DNA of 64,000 nucleotides from Octopus sinensis. Lineage: Eukaryota. The translations under genes were made by a program, and so were the position numbers. The notes under the pieces are model-generated. The model saw nothing but the letters and a program-made list of their open reading frames with translations. It was not told where the DNA came from and ran no database searches. The stretch's first letter is position 1. Every line of letters starts with the position of its first letter. The stretch spans positions 124,000,001-124,064,000 of the forward strand of contig NC_042998.1 in NCBI RefSeq assembly GCF_006345805.1, in the 5' to 3' direction. Shown here piece by piece: positions 1-11,029 of the stretch.

Positions 1-97
1 CTTCTGACGTGAGTTTTTAGAACGTAACACCTGCGAAATTCGAGGGATTACTATATACTCTAAAACGAGTTAACATACACGCACTCACATATATATT

Positions 98-281
98 AAA
101 GGTAGATGCTGAAAAATTCCTGTATTTAAGGGCATAGTTCTTTTACAGAGCTTAGAAAAGCTGAAGGAACGCTGCAACGAATATTTGAATATGAAAGGAA
201 GATACGTTGAATAAAATCATAATTAATTGATCCTTTATTTTATCTTCCCTGAAGCCAGAAACTTTTCAACACTCCCTCGTA
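98..281 (+). mobile_element. mariner-derived MITE (TIRs plus transposase C-terminal codons)
   Basis: Encodes QSLEKLKERCNEYLNMKGRYVE* (mariner C-terminal motif); ends aaacttttcaacactccctcgta (mariner-type TIR); homologous copy at 47835-48052. Confidence 0.7.
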
Positions 282-986
282 TACACTCCTTTATCTACAT
301 TTATGCTCATGAAAATAACCTACACATGAAAATACTGCCACATAGCCCGGAGCGGGCACGCACAAACTTACAGAAGGGAGAAAATAAAAGGGGTTTGGTT
401 ATATTATTGAGGAGCTAATATTTAATGAGTTTCTGGTTCAGGGACAAAATATTAATCGCTTTGGCTGTCATTTTACTTGGAATTATTCTTCAAATTATAA
501 GGGTGTCTGTGTTTACAGAAAAATAGAAAGACACTTGAATAACATGTTGCCTAATCTATTATGAAATGAAAGCACTTTAAGTCAATCCATTGTACAAATC
601 TTGCAGTCTTTTTATTTTCCGTGTATACTGGGTAATGCTTATGATGTACAAGATTTTAAACGTTGTAATTTTCCTTAGTAAATATATGTTACCAAATACT
701 TGTTACTTAACGTATGTCTTTGCAAAGTATAGCAGTGTTTAAATTTGCTTGATGCGAAGGTAGTATCAGAATATTGCATTGCGTAACAGACATTTACACA
801 TATGGGGTTTCTTGGTTGAAATATTCGAGATTTCTAAGGATTTCAGTAAAGAAGAATTTGTTTTGCAATTACCAAGTATTTTGTTTTATTTTTGTATGTT
901 TGCTATTTTATTATTACAAGGATCGAATTTACTTTTAGTGTTCATGTGAATATAATTACTTTCAATATTGGATTTGCGTGCCTATA

Positions 987-1048
987 ATGGAAATGAGATC
1001 TTCAATAAAGTTGAGTACGATGTTGACCCTCATAATCATGAGCCTCAG
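987..1048 (+). CDS. candidate first coding exon, signal-peptide-like (MEMRSSIKLSTMLTLIIMSL)
   Basis: ATG at 987, basic n-region then hydrophobic stretch, ends at CAG|GTTAGT donor (phase 2). No homology support. Confidence 0.2.
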
Positions 1049-1265
1049 GTTAGTAGATGATTTTATATCAGCTGTTTCTTCGTTTACAGAATAGATATTT
1101 GATACTCCAGGTGAAAATTAATCGTTTCCCTATTATTAATTCTGTCTTGGGGTGTTTAAGACATTGTCAAGTCTGTTTATTCACATTAATATGATATTCT
1201 GTCATAAGTTGCCATTAGGATTCCTATGTACATTAAGCTTGTGATTTTATATAAATATATATATA

Positions 1266-1660
1266 GGCGCAGGAGCGGCTGTGTGATAAGTAGTTTGCTT
1301 ACCAACCACATGGTTCCGGGTTCAGTCCCACTGCGTGGCACCTTGGGCATGTGTCTTCTACTATAGCCTCGCGCCGACCAAAGCCTTGTGAGTGGATTTG
1401 GTAGACGGAGACTGAAAGAAGCCCGTCGTATATATGTATATATATATGTGCGTGTATGTTTGTGTGTCTGTGTTTGTCCCCCTAGCATTGCTTGACAACC
1501 GATGCTGGTGTGTTTATGTCCCCGTCACTTAGTGGTTCGGCAAAAGAGACCGATAAAATAAGTACTGGGCTTACAAAGAATAAATCCCGGGGTCGAGTTG
1601 CTCGATTAGAGGCGGTACTCCAGCATGGCCGCAGTCAAATGACTGAAACAAGTAAAAGAG
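1266..1660 (+). mobile_element. tRNA-derived SINE, family A (full length)
   Basis: A-box-like GGCTGTGTG and B-box-like GGTTCAGTCCC head, internal (TA/TG) tract, tail ...gcagtcaaatgactgaaacaagtaaaagag; multiple copies in the window. Confidence 0.85.
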
Positions 1661-1686
1661 TAATATATATATAAATATATATATAT

Positions 1687-2960
1687 AATTCAAATAATCA
1701 GAAAATGAAGAAAACCTTTGATCAACAAACAAACAAATTAGGCCATATTGGTAGATTATTTTTTAATACAAAACATGATATAACATTTCTTATGGCCGTT
1801 TCGAATTCCAGTATTAGTCGGTGCTTATGAAAGAATTTCGATGTGTTGGGACATGGAGTTTTTAGCCATGGTAGTAATTAGCATGTGATTTAATTTTAAT
1901 TTTTAGTCACTTAAATATTTGTCGTTTTGTGTTTTTGCCTTTTCGTGTACCTATGGGGCAGAATTTTCTTAGGTATTTACCTTGGTATTTACTTAGGTAT
2001 TTACACATTTACTTGTTCGTCCTCTATTACCACCACTTCGAATTTCACTGGCTATCTCGGAGGTAAGATTCAGCATTATTTTTGTAGGTAATTCTACCTC
2101 TTGTTCTAGTTGCATCCCCTCAACCATTAAAATAGATTACAGTAGTTTGACTGAAAGTAATTTATCTATTTATTTTATTCTTATTTATGCTTTGTCGAGA
2201 AGTTGCAGAAGGCCATAAGCGGCCTCGTGCCACTTATATCACCCCCCACACGCCCTTTATTTTCTGGTTAGTTTTCTTCTTTATTTACTTACCCCCTGTA
2301 ACGTTCATATCTTTTGTCCTGGGTTCAAATATAATTGACCAATGGTAGAGATGGATAAATTGTGGTCACTATTGTAGAGACCACCACAATATTTATGTAA
2401 GTACACCATTATAAGAACCGTACGGTTTTGTTTTTGGATAAATATTTACTGGCCCTACTTACGACATCATAGATACTATTCTTTTTCTAGATATATTAGT
2501 AATTCTTCTCCTATTTTAGTGCTATGTAAACATCCTGATTTCCCCTTTATGGTAGTAACCTGTAAATATTCCCTAGCCCACTGCTTGTTTACTCTTTTGC
2601 CTATTGACTTCAAAGCTCCACGCTACAAGATGGTAAAATTTTAATATATTGAACCTTCTGGCCTCTTCTCGAGCCTCTGTTCTTCCCGTTTCCCTCTTCC
2701 ATTCGTTTATTTTATTGTACGCATATGTATTAACTCTGATGAAGCGCCATGCACGAGATCGAATGTACCGTGAAGATGACGAATATTATTTTCGAAATTC
2801 TTTCGTAAGCACCGACTAATATTTGAAGCAGAAACGGGCGTATTAAATGTTATGTCATAGAAATGTTATATCATGTTTTGTATTTAAAAAATAATCTTCC
2901 GATATGTTCTAATTTGTTTGTTTGTTGATCAAAAGTTTTCTCCATTTTCTGAATATTTAA
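1687..2960. mobile_element. Penelope-like element remnant with ~170-bp inverted termini
   Basis: 1687-1850 is the reverse complement of 2791-2960. Interior minus strand gives degraded ...SRASKYLSKNKTVRFL*WC... resembling a PLE N-terminus. Degenerate CTGATGA hammerhead-like motif at 2736. Confidence 0.5.
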
Positions 2961-3159
2961 ATTTGATTCCTGATAAACTTTTCTTTATTCTGTTGTTACC
3001 TGTACCCGATGACCATAGTGTATCTGCATTCAAAAGACCAGGGATAGCACAGATAATTGATACCGATAGTAAATACCGATACTTTTATCCCTTAGTCGTG
3101 TACTCTTACCGCTAACTCTGCTTACCTTACACATACACACAAACATACACATATTATAT

Positions 3160-3406
3160 GTAAGAGATGGGGAATTATGTACATTATTTACATTTGACGG
3201 ATATTTGTCCTCATCTTATTCGTTGTTAACACAACGTTTCGACTGATATACCCTCTAGCCTTCATCAGGTGACTGGGGGAAATTTCGAACCTGGGTATTT
3301 CGAACATCTAAGGTATTTTTCGATGTTGTTGTTATTATTATTATGGTCACTGCCTGGATTCCAACTCGGAATCTTGGAGTTGGTAGTCCGCACTCTTAAC
3401 CACTAC

Positions 3407-3410
<4 letters not shown>
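3160..3410 (-). mobile_element. tRNA-headed SINE, family C, with Penelope-type tail
   Basis: Minus strand starts tggcgtagtggttaagagtgcggactacc...ccgagttggaatccagg (A/B boxes), then (TAA)n, then a tail containing a hammerhead motif. Confidence 0.75.
3228..3273 (-). ncRNA. minimal type I hammerhead ribozyme motif
   Basis: gtcac-CTGATGA-a-ggct(agagggtatatc)agtc-GAAA-cg-T-T-gtgtt: core, 4-bp stem II, palindromic ACGU stem III, short stem I. Confidence 0.6.
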
Positions 3411-3484
<74 letters not shown>

Positions 3485-4807
3485 GTGTGTGGTGTGTATC
3501 TATATATTAGTACATATACATGCCCCTCCCTACCACGCAGACACGCACGTACATAAGGAAAGTAAAATGTATTTGAAAGACAGACGTGCTTATTGCAATA
3601 AAATAAGCATCTCCATAATAAATTCCTAAAATATCATCCGTAGTTGGAAATATAAGAGAAAGGAAGTAAAAGATATTGGTGAAAATAACGAAATATCATA
3701 TGCTCAGTGTTCCATCCACATTTAAACTCTGTTTGACCACACTGGATTCTAGAACTCAAATTAGTATACTATTATTTGAATTAGAAGCAAACATTGCTAA
3801 GTCAAAATAATAGTACCCGGCTAAGGAATAAAAGTATCGGTATTTTACTATTGGTATCAATCACCTGTGCTTTCCTGGTCATGGGTATGCAGACACGCTA
3901 TGGCTATCGGGTACAGGTAACAACAATAAACAAAAGTTTATCAGGAGTCAAAATAATAGTCTCACTGACCGTTCATACTAAAAACAATATAAAGTAAATG
4001 TGTAGGAGTCAGACCATAGAAAAAATAGGGTATTGAAAGGATTTTTAAACGTACCAAAAAGTGAAGCTAATATTGTTAGAGGGTAACGAGTTAAAATAAT
4101 TTTAATATTAAAGAAAGCATATAAAAATATTAAAATATTAATAACTGAATCAAATAAACACTGACGGAATTATGTGGATTAGCAGAGGAAGAATAATCAA
4201 AAGGCCATGCTAGTAATTGAATTTGGAAACTAGTGCTAATTAGTTAATTGTTTATTGTATAATTTGAAAATATTTTAATAGAGCTCCATATATCTTCCAT
4301 CTGTTTAAATGAATTAATACTAAAATTACTAATTAGTAAAGTATTTAAATGTTTCTTTCTATATCAATTCAAATAATTTATCACCAATTTACTTCGATTG
4401 TTTGACAACTGATATTTGTAGATAAAGATTGTTGAATTTTTCAGCAAGGCAGAGACTACATTTATGATTACCTTTTGTATAGAAATTTTCGCTAATAGCA
4501 GGGGACCATCGTGAAAAAAAAATGTATAAGAATGTCAAGTTTGGGATATGAATTTGTTCTGCAATTGATTTCTAAAACCCCTTACATATTTTTACAGCAG
4601 AAACTGATGTCGGAAATATGGTGAAAAAACAATTCTAATTAACGAAAGGAAATAATTTGAAATCATTTGAAGCTAACTCATGATTAACCAATCGAAAAGT
4701 GTACAAATATAATTGCTTATCAAAACAATTTTAACATTTTCTAATACTTGATGCGACAAGCCAAAACTGGATTTTCAAAGATTACTCATAAGGAAGCCGC
4801 CTATTTC

Positions 4808-5038
4808 TATTTCTTTACTAACCACATGGGGTTAAACACAGAAAGGACAAACAAGGACAGACACACAGATTAAGTCGATTACATCGATCCCAGTGCGTAA
4901 CTGGTACTTAATTTATCGACGCCGAAAGGATGAAAGGCAAAGTCGACCTCGGTGGAATTTGAACTCAGAACATAACGGCAGACGAAATACGGCTACGAAT
5001 TTCGCCCAGCGTGCTAACGTTTCTGCCAGCTCGACGCC
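4808..5038 (-). mobile_element. tRNA-derived SINE, family B
   Basis: Reverse complement of ggcgagctggcagaaacgttagcacg...gagttcaaattccgccgaggtcgactttgcctttcatcctttcggggtcgataaattaagtaccag. The central block resembles the MetaSINE domain as recalled (inference). Confidence 0.85.
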
Positions 5039-5051
5039 TTTTGCTATTTTA

Positions 5052-5196
5052 AGTTTAGCACGTTCAATGTAGGCGGGCAGGACAATTTGAGAGAATTGAA
5101 AAATGATTACTCATTCCCATACTTCGAATTTTCGCCCTTAACAAGTACACTAATTAATGAAATTGTCCTGCCCACCTACATTCAACGTTGTAAACT
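5052..5196. mobile_element. MITE-like element with ~37-bp terminal inverted repeats
   Basis: agtttagcacgttcaatgtaggcgggcaggacaattt ... aaattgtcctgcccacctacattcaacgttgtaaact. Confidence 0.6.
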
Positions 5197-5594
5197 AAAA
5201 ATATAGCTTTTTCGTGATTTGGGATTTAACTCCCATTTCTAGCGTGTTGCAAAATCACTTAGTGGCTTTTCCTTCGTGTATAATTTCTATACACACACAC
5301 AATATAATATAATAAAATAATAATGATAATAATATATATATATCTATATATATACACACAGATGCATGCATCAACGTGCGACATTGTTTTTCTTACCTAC
5401 CTTCAAACGATGGGGCTTTTCTTGTCTCAAACCAATGCCGACTTTGCAGGTAAACGTCAAATAGTTAAAAGTAGATGAACACATACACACACATAGATAT
5501 ACACACACGCACACACATGCACACACATATAGTTACATGCATATACAAACACACGCACACATTCACATACACTCACTCACTCACACATATATAC

Positions 5595-5637
<43 letters not shown>

Positions 5638-5707
5638 CATTTTGTCCACCGTAATAATCTAATTTTCACTTACTCTGCCACTAAAATTTTTGTTAGTCAC
5701 ATTCTAG

Positions 5708-5743
5708 GATATCACGAAGAAACCAAACTCCAGAACAAGACAG
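5708..5743 (+). CDS. candidate 36-nt internal exon
   Basis: attctag| acceptor after a T-rich tract, CAG|GTGAGA donor, open in all three frames. Confidence 0.2.
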
Positions 5744-6066
5744 GTGAGAACTTAATGTGTCCATTAATTACTACTTTAACTTTCTTCGTGCTTCTGTTTA
5801 ACATTTGATCTTGGACTTTAACGATTCTAATTTGTGCAAGAAAGCATCATTTAATTCTCTAAAAGTAATCGAAAGTTTTTCTTCGCCACAGAGGTATTCA
5901 GTTACCAACATTTCAGAGGTTAGCAGTAAATATTTCTTAACATCGTAAGAATACTCTTTGATAAAACAATGTTATTAACTTCTCTAGAGATTCAAATGTG
6001 TGTGTGCGTGTATATATATATATACACACATACACGCACGCACACACACACACGCACACACACATA

Positions 6067-6493
<427 letters not shown>

Positions 6494-6732
6494 AATAATA
6501 CACATCTATATTCACATATACATATGTATATGTGTTTGTCCGTGTGTGTGTGTGTGTGTGCATGTGTGTGCATCTGCGTGCGCGTGCGCATGTCTGTGTG
6601 TATTCATCTCTAACACATTCGTTTATTCGTGCAAGCTGTCACCTTATTGTCACAATCAACCTAAATGTTTGCTGCTGTAGCCGAAGGCCATAAAACTAAG
6701 GACCGGCTTAATAATGTCACTTTTTTACGTAC

Positions 6733-6772
<40 letters not shown>

Positions 6773-6777
6773 ATATA

Positions 6778-6810
<33 letters not shown>

Positions 6811-7010
6811 GTCTGAGTTTGTGTGTGTGTGTGTTTCAAACGGTCGTGGTAAAATATCAGAATCACTCAAAAACACGACACTATACTATAAATGCTTTAA
6901 CTATATCAAGAAATGTAACACACTGTACTATTACGTCTCAACAATATTTACTTAGTAACTCGATAGAAATATAGAAATATAAAAGCCCAGATTCTGATTT
7001 CTTAGAAATG

Positions 7011-7048
<38 letters not shown>

Positions 7049-7190
7049 TATATATATATACACACATACATATATCTGCATATATGTGTATTTATGTATA
7101 TGAATATATGAATGTGTATATGCATGAATATGTGTGTGTATATATATATATGTAAATATACATAAATGTATATGTATATATATATATATT

Positions 7191-7238
<48 letters not shown>

Positions 7239-7391
7239 GGGCATTTTAAAAATGATTATTAGGAACAGAAGCCGAAGTAATGCCAAACAATAATACTTAT
7301 CCCCATTCACAAGTGGATGTTCTATGGGAAAACAATACTTTGGCAGTTACTATCAGAGTAACTCTCGTGTTAGCTTTCGGTGCAAAACATG

Positions 7392-7440
<49 letters not shown>

Positions 7441-7758
7441 AGGTACACATAAACATGTATCCATGTAATTGTATGTATAGACATGTATATGTGTGCCTGA
7501 GCTTTGTGTGTTTATGTGTTTGCGTGCCTCTGTGTGTGTTTGTGTGTGTTTCTGAGTGTGTATATGTGATTTTTATTTGGTTTACCGGAACATGTCCATG
7601 GATTTTGTGGCAAGGTCTGTAGATGTGAATTCTAGTTACCGAGGATTGCTAGAAAGGAGTTTCCTCCAATGGCATCGCTGTTGTTGGTAATTGTTTAACT
7701 TGTATTGTTTGCTTTTGTCGTGTTTTCTCCCCCAGTGGGGACGAAAATTACAGTGAGC

Positions 7759-8560
7759 ATGGAGGAATCGCAAGCGCATGCCGGAAGCCAGCTTCAGTAG
7801 CAGGCCGAGATAATATTGCAGCGACTGTGAGACAGTTGGAAGTCAGGTAGGTGCCAGTCGACTTCGAAATGGGGAAAAACAGCATAAAGCTGATACAAAG
7901 AGAAGGGTCAAGATTGAAATTCACGCCACCGGAAGAAATAACAAGAAACAAAAACGAAAAAACAGTGGTCTACAGAACCCTTTCACTGGCAAATAAGAAA
8001 ATAGAAATGGAGAACGATGAAGATTTGGAAGAATGCTTGGAAAAGATAAGTAACATGGAACTCTACTATAGAGGAAGGAAGGAAGTGTGGTATAGTGGAG
8101 GTGCGGTCCCCGACTGTGGAGGAGGCAGCAAATCACTCCACTACAAACTTGAAAACGGAAAAATGGGCACTCCTGCCAACATATCTCGGGAAACATTTAG
8201 CGAGAGTGAGGATTGGCAGGGTGCCCCCAGAGATCAACGAGATGTGGCTGCTTGCAACTATCCTAATAGACACAAAGGACGACCCTCAAGTGCTGTAGAT
8301 GAGCCGTACTAAACAGCTGAACTGATGGGGATATGGTGCAGAAGACATAATCCAGGCCACCAGACTAGATCTACAAGGAAAAACAGAAGAAATAGAGCTG
8401 CCAGAGTATGTGAAGCTGCATGTGGTAGTAGAGGGATGACCTCCCACATGCTACCACTGCAGAGAAGAGGGCCATATTAAGGAAAATTTCCCCTTTCCCA
8501 ACAACCAAACGTCCATGGAGGTGAGATAAGAGGGAAGTAGCAGGGACGAGAAGCTGAAGG
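7759..8560 (+). pseudogene. degraded LINE ORF1 (gag-like) copy 1
   Basis: FTPPEEI...EVRSPTVEEA...LLPTYLGKHLARVRIGRVPPEINEMWL aligns to the ORF1 at 9606-10430; knuckle remnant CYHCREEGHIKENF at ~8449; stops and frameshifts; no ORF2 follows. Confidence 0.75.
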
Positions 8561-9605
8561 AAGGTACGGAGGAGACAGATGCGAGAATCAGAGATGAAGT
8601 CCAAGGAATACAGAACAGGAAGAGGAAAGACATCAAAAACTCCCCACCCCCATAGAACTCTAAAAATAGAAAAAGAAAGAACTAAATGGCACTTAAACAC
8701 CCACACAGCATTCCATATTACAACAAAACACACAAGAATTATCGCAGACAGCCCAGAGTCCCCAAGTAAATATACACAACCACGCACATACAGCCCATTA
8801 ACTGCAATAAAATATTCACAAGCACTCACAGACACTTCAGGTGGGTATACACGAACAAATTCTAACAGTACATATTCCCCAATTGAATACACACAAGCAG
8901 GTACAGAAGCAGACACTCAAGAAACACATAACAATTACAAGTATAGGATGCATTTAACAAAGTATTGGACAAATGCGGCTACAAAAGAAAAAGTTTGGAA
9001 GATGAGGGTCAGTGATAAGAGTTACAGAAGAGGATAACATACGAGTTCCAGGTATGGAATGCATATAAAAAATGAAAAGCAAACTTTGGAGATGACGTAA
9101 ACTCATTAGGGTTAGAGATAAGATGTGATAAATTGCCACCTGTGGTGGAATTTGAAAAATTGAAACCACTTTTCATTTACTAAGATAATTATTTGGATAA
9201 ACGTAGGATTTAAAAATAGTGGAAAATATAGTTAAAATGGTACAACTCGAACGTGGGGTCGAGTAGCCATTACATCTTCATTTCTATATAATTTCATTTC
9301 ATTCATCCGTTATTTTTTTTGTCCCTATTTGTGCTGTCTTGTCTGTCCTTGTTCGTCCCTTCTCTGTAGGACCATTTTGGCCAATAAAATGAAATAATGT
9401 TATAATCATCTGAAATTGATCGGTTGGTTTGGACGTATTTTGGTAATTATTGTGATTTTTGTTGAAATTATCGTTTGATTCACTGCCGTTTTGTTGAACT
9501 TTTATTGTGTTTCTTTCGAAACACTATATTTTTCTGTCTTTTGGCAGATTTGTTAAGGGTTTCCCCATTGGGGGAATATTTCCCTTCTTTGAAAATGTTC
9601 TCATT

Positions 9606-10430
9606 ATGTTGAGCATAAGCTCATCAGATGTGTCTTCGTTGGACGAAGATTTGAATAAACAAGTCCAGGAGTTAAAAAGAGAATTGTTAAAAGACACGAA
9701 AGAAATGAAAATTACAGGTGGAAAACAAAAAGTTAGCAACTTTGAGGCTGTTGCCAGCGTCAACATGGAAAACTTGAATCTTGAAAACCAAGATCTAGGC
9801 AAATTTAAAAGAATGCTTCAACGAGAGTGATATGAGATCAAACTTACCCCTCCCAGCGAGGTTCTGCATGATACCGTACGGAGGACCATAATTTTTAAGA
9901 CAGTATCAATTAAGAAGAGAAAACTGGATAGAATAATAAAAGAACATGCGGGAATATGCCTACAACCAATCTGGCAAGATGTGTAGCTTGCCATAGGGAA
10001 TCGGTTTGCAACAATAGAGGTTCGATTCGCAAGTGAAGATAAGGCCAGGCAACACACAGCTTCACCTCTGAGATCGAACGAAGTGGTACTCCTGCCTACC
10101 TACTTGGGAAGGCGATCTTCCAAGGTGAAGGTGGGAGAAATCCCATCGGAAGTTGATGTTGCTTGGCTGGTCGCCGCTGTCGTTTTGGGCTTGGATGATA
10201 AAGTGACAATCTTTCATGCCACGAAAATTCACCAACAAAATTGGTAGGGTCAAGGGCTAGAAATATTATTACAGGCGGCTTCGCAGGATGACCTAGAATT
10301 GATTGCAGACACCATACGGGTAGGGGAGGAAACGATCCTGAGAGTAATGGTGGAGTACAGAAAGCCAAGATGTTTTAAATGCGGCGGCCAAAAGGGGCAC
10401 ATAAAATCCGAGTGCTCTCTACCAGTGAAA
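9606..10430 (+). pseudogene. LINE ORF1 copy 2 with CCHC-type knuckle
   Basis: Single frame with in-frame stops: ...LLPTYLGRRSSKVKVGEIPSEVDVAWL...CFKCGGQKGHIKSEC (10371-10415). Confidence 0.8.
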
Positions 10431-11029
10431 TAAAAGATTCCCCACCCGCTGCGGAAATAGCCGCACCTCCTATAGCGCCAGTGGTCAAAGAGACTAGCAG
10501 GGAGGAGCAGCACAATATGAAAAGAAACGAGAAGCGCGCGCTTTGGACAGTGAATGGAGTACAGTATCCAGGAGGAAAAAGAAAAGATCCCACCCTTCTT
10601 CCACGGACACTTGTCCTCAGCCCATGCCCACATACATTGACACCCAAACGGCTCGCACAGACACCAGTTAACCTGCTAACTCTAACACAGCTACAAACAT
10701 ACACGCAAACACGCAGAACCCTCAATTTTTCCCACCGCCACCCTTCAAATAAGTTATATTACTACTTATGATACAATCTATGAAATTTTAAAAAAGGAAA
10801 TTGCCACGTTACAAAACGTACAAACGTTTACTAGTCCTGATATCAGTGACATTCCCACCCACATACATTTTATTTACATCGATAGGGCCAACCACAAAAG
10901 TTTCGAAAATTATTTCCTGAGGTGGTTAGCCCTCCAAGAAAAAACTTTTTAACAGCTTTGTACAATAGACTCATCAACGACCACTGGTGATGAGGAGGGT
11001 TAACCTCCTCCAATAAAGGTAAGACCGCT

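Noticed and set aside
1266-1340. tRNA genes at the SINE heads
   Set aside because: A/B boxes are present but there is no complete cloverleaf, and the heads continue into repeated SINE bodies.
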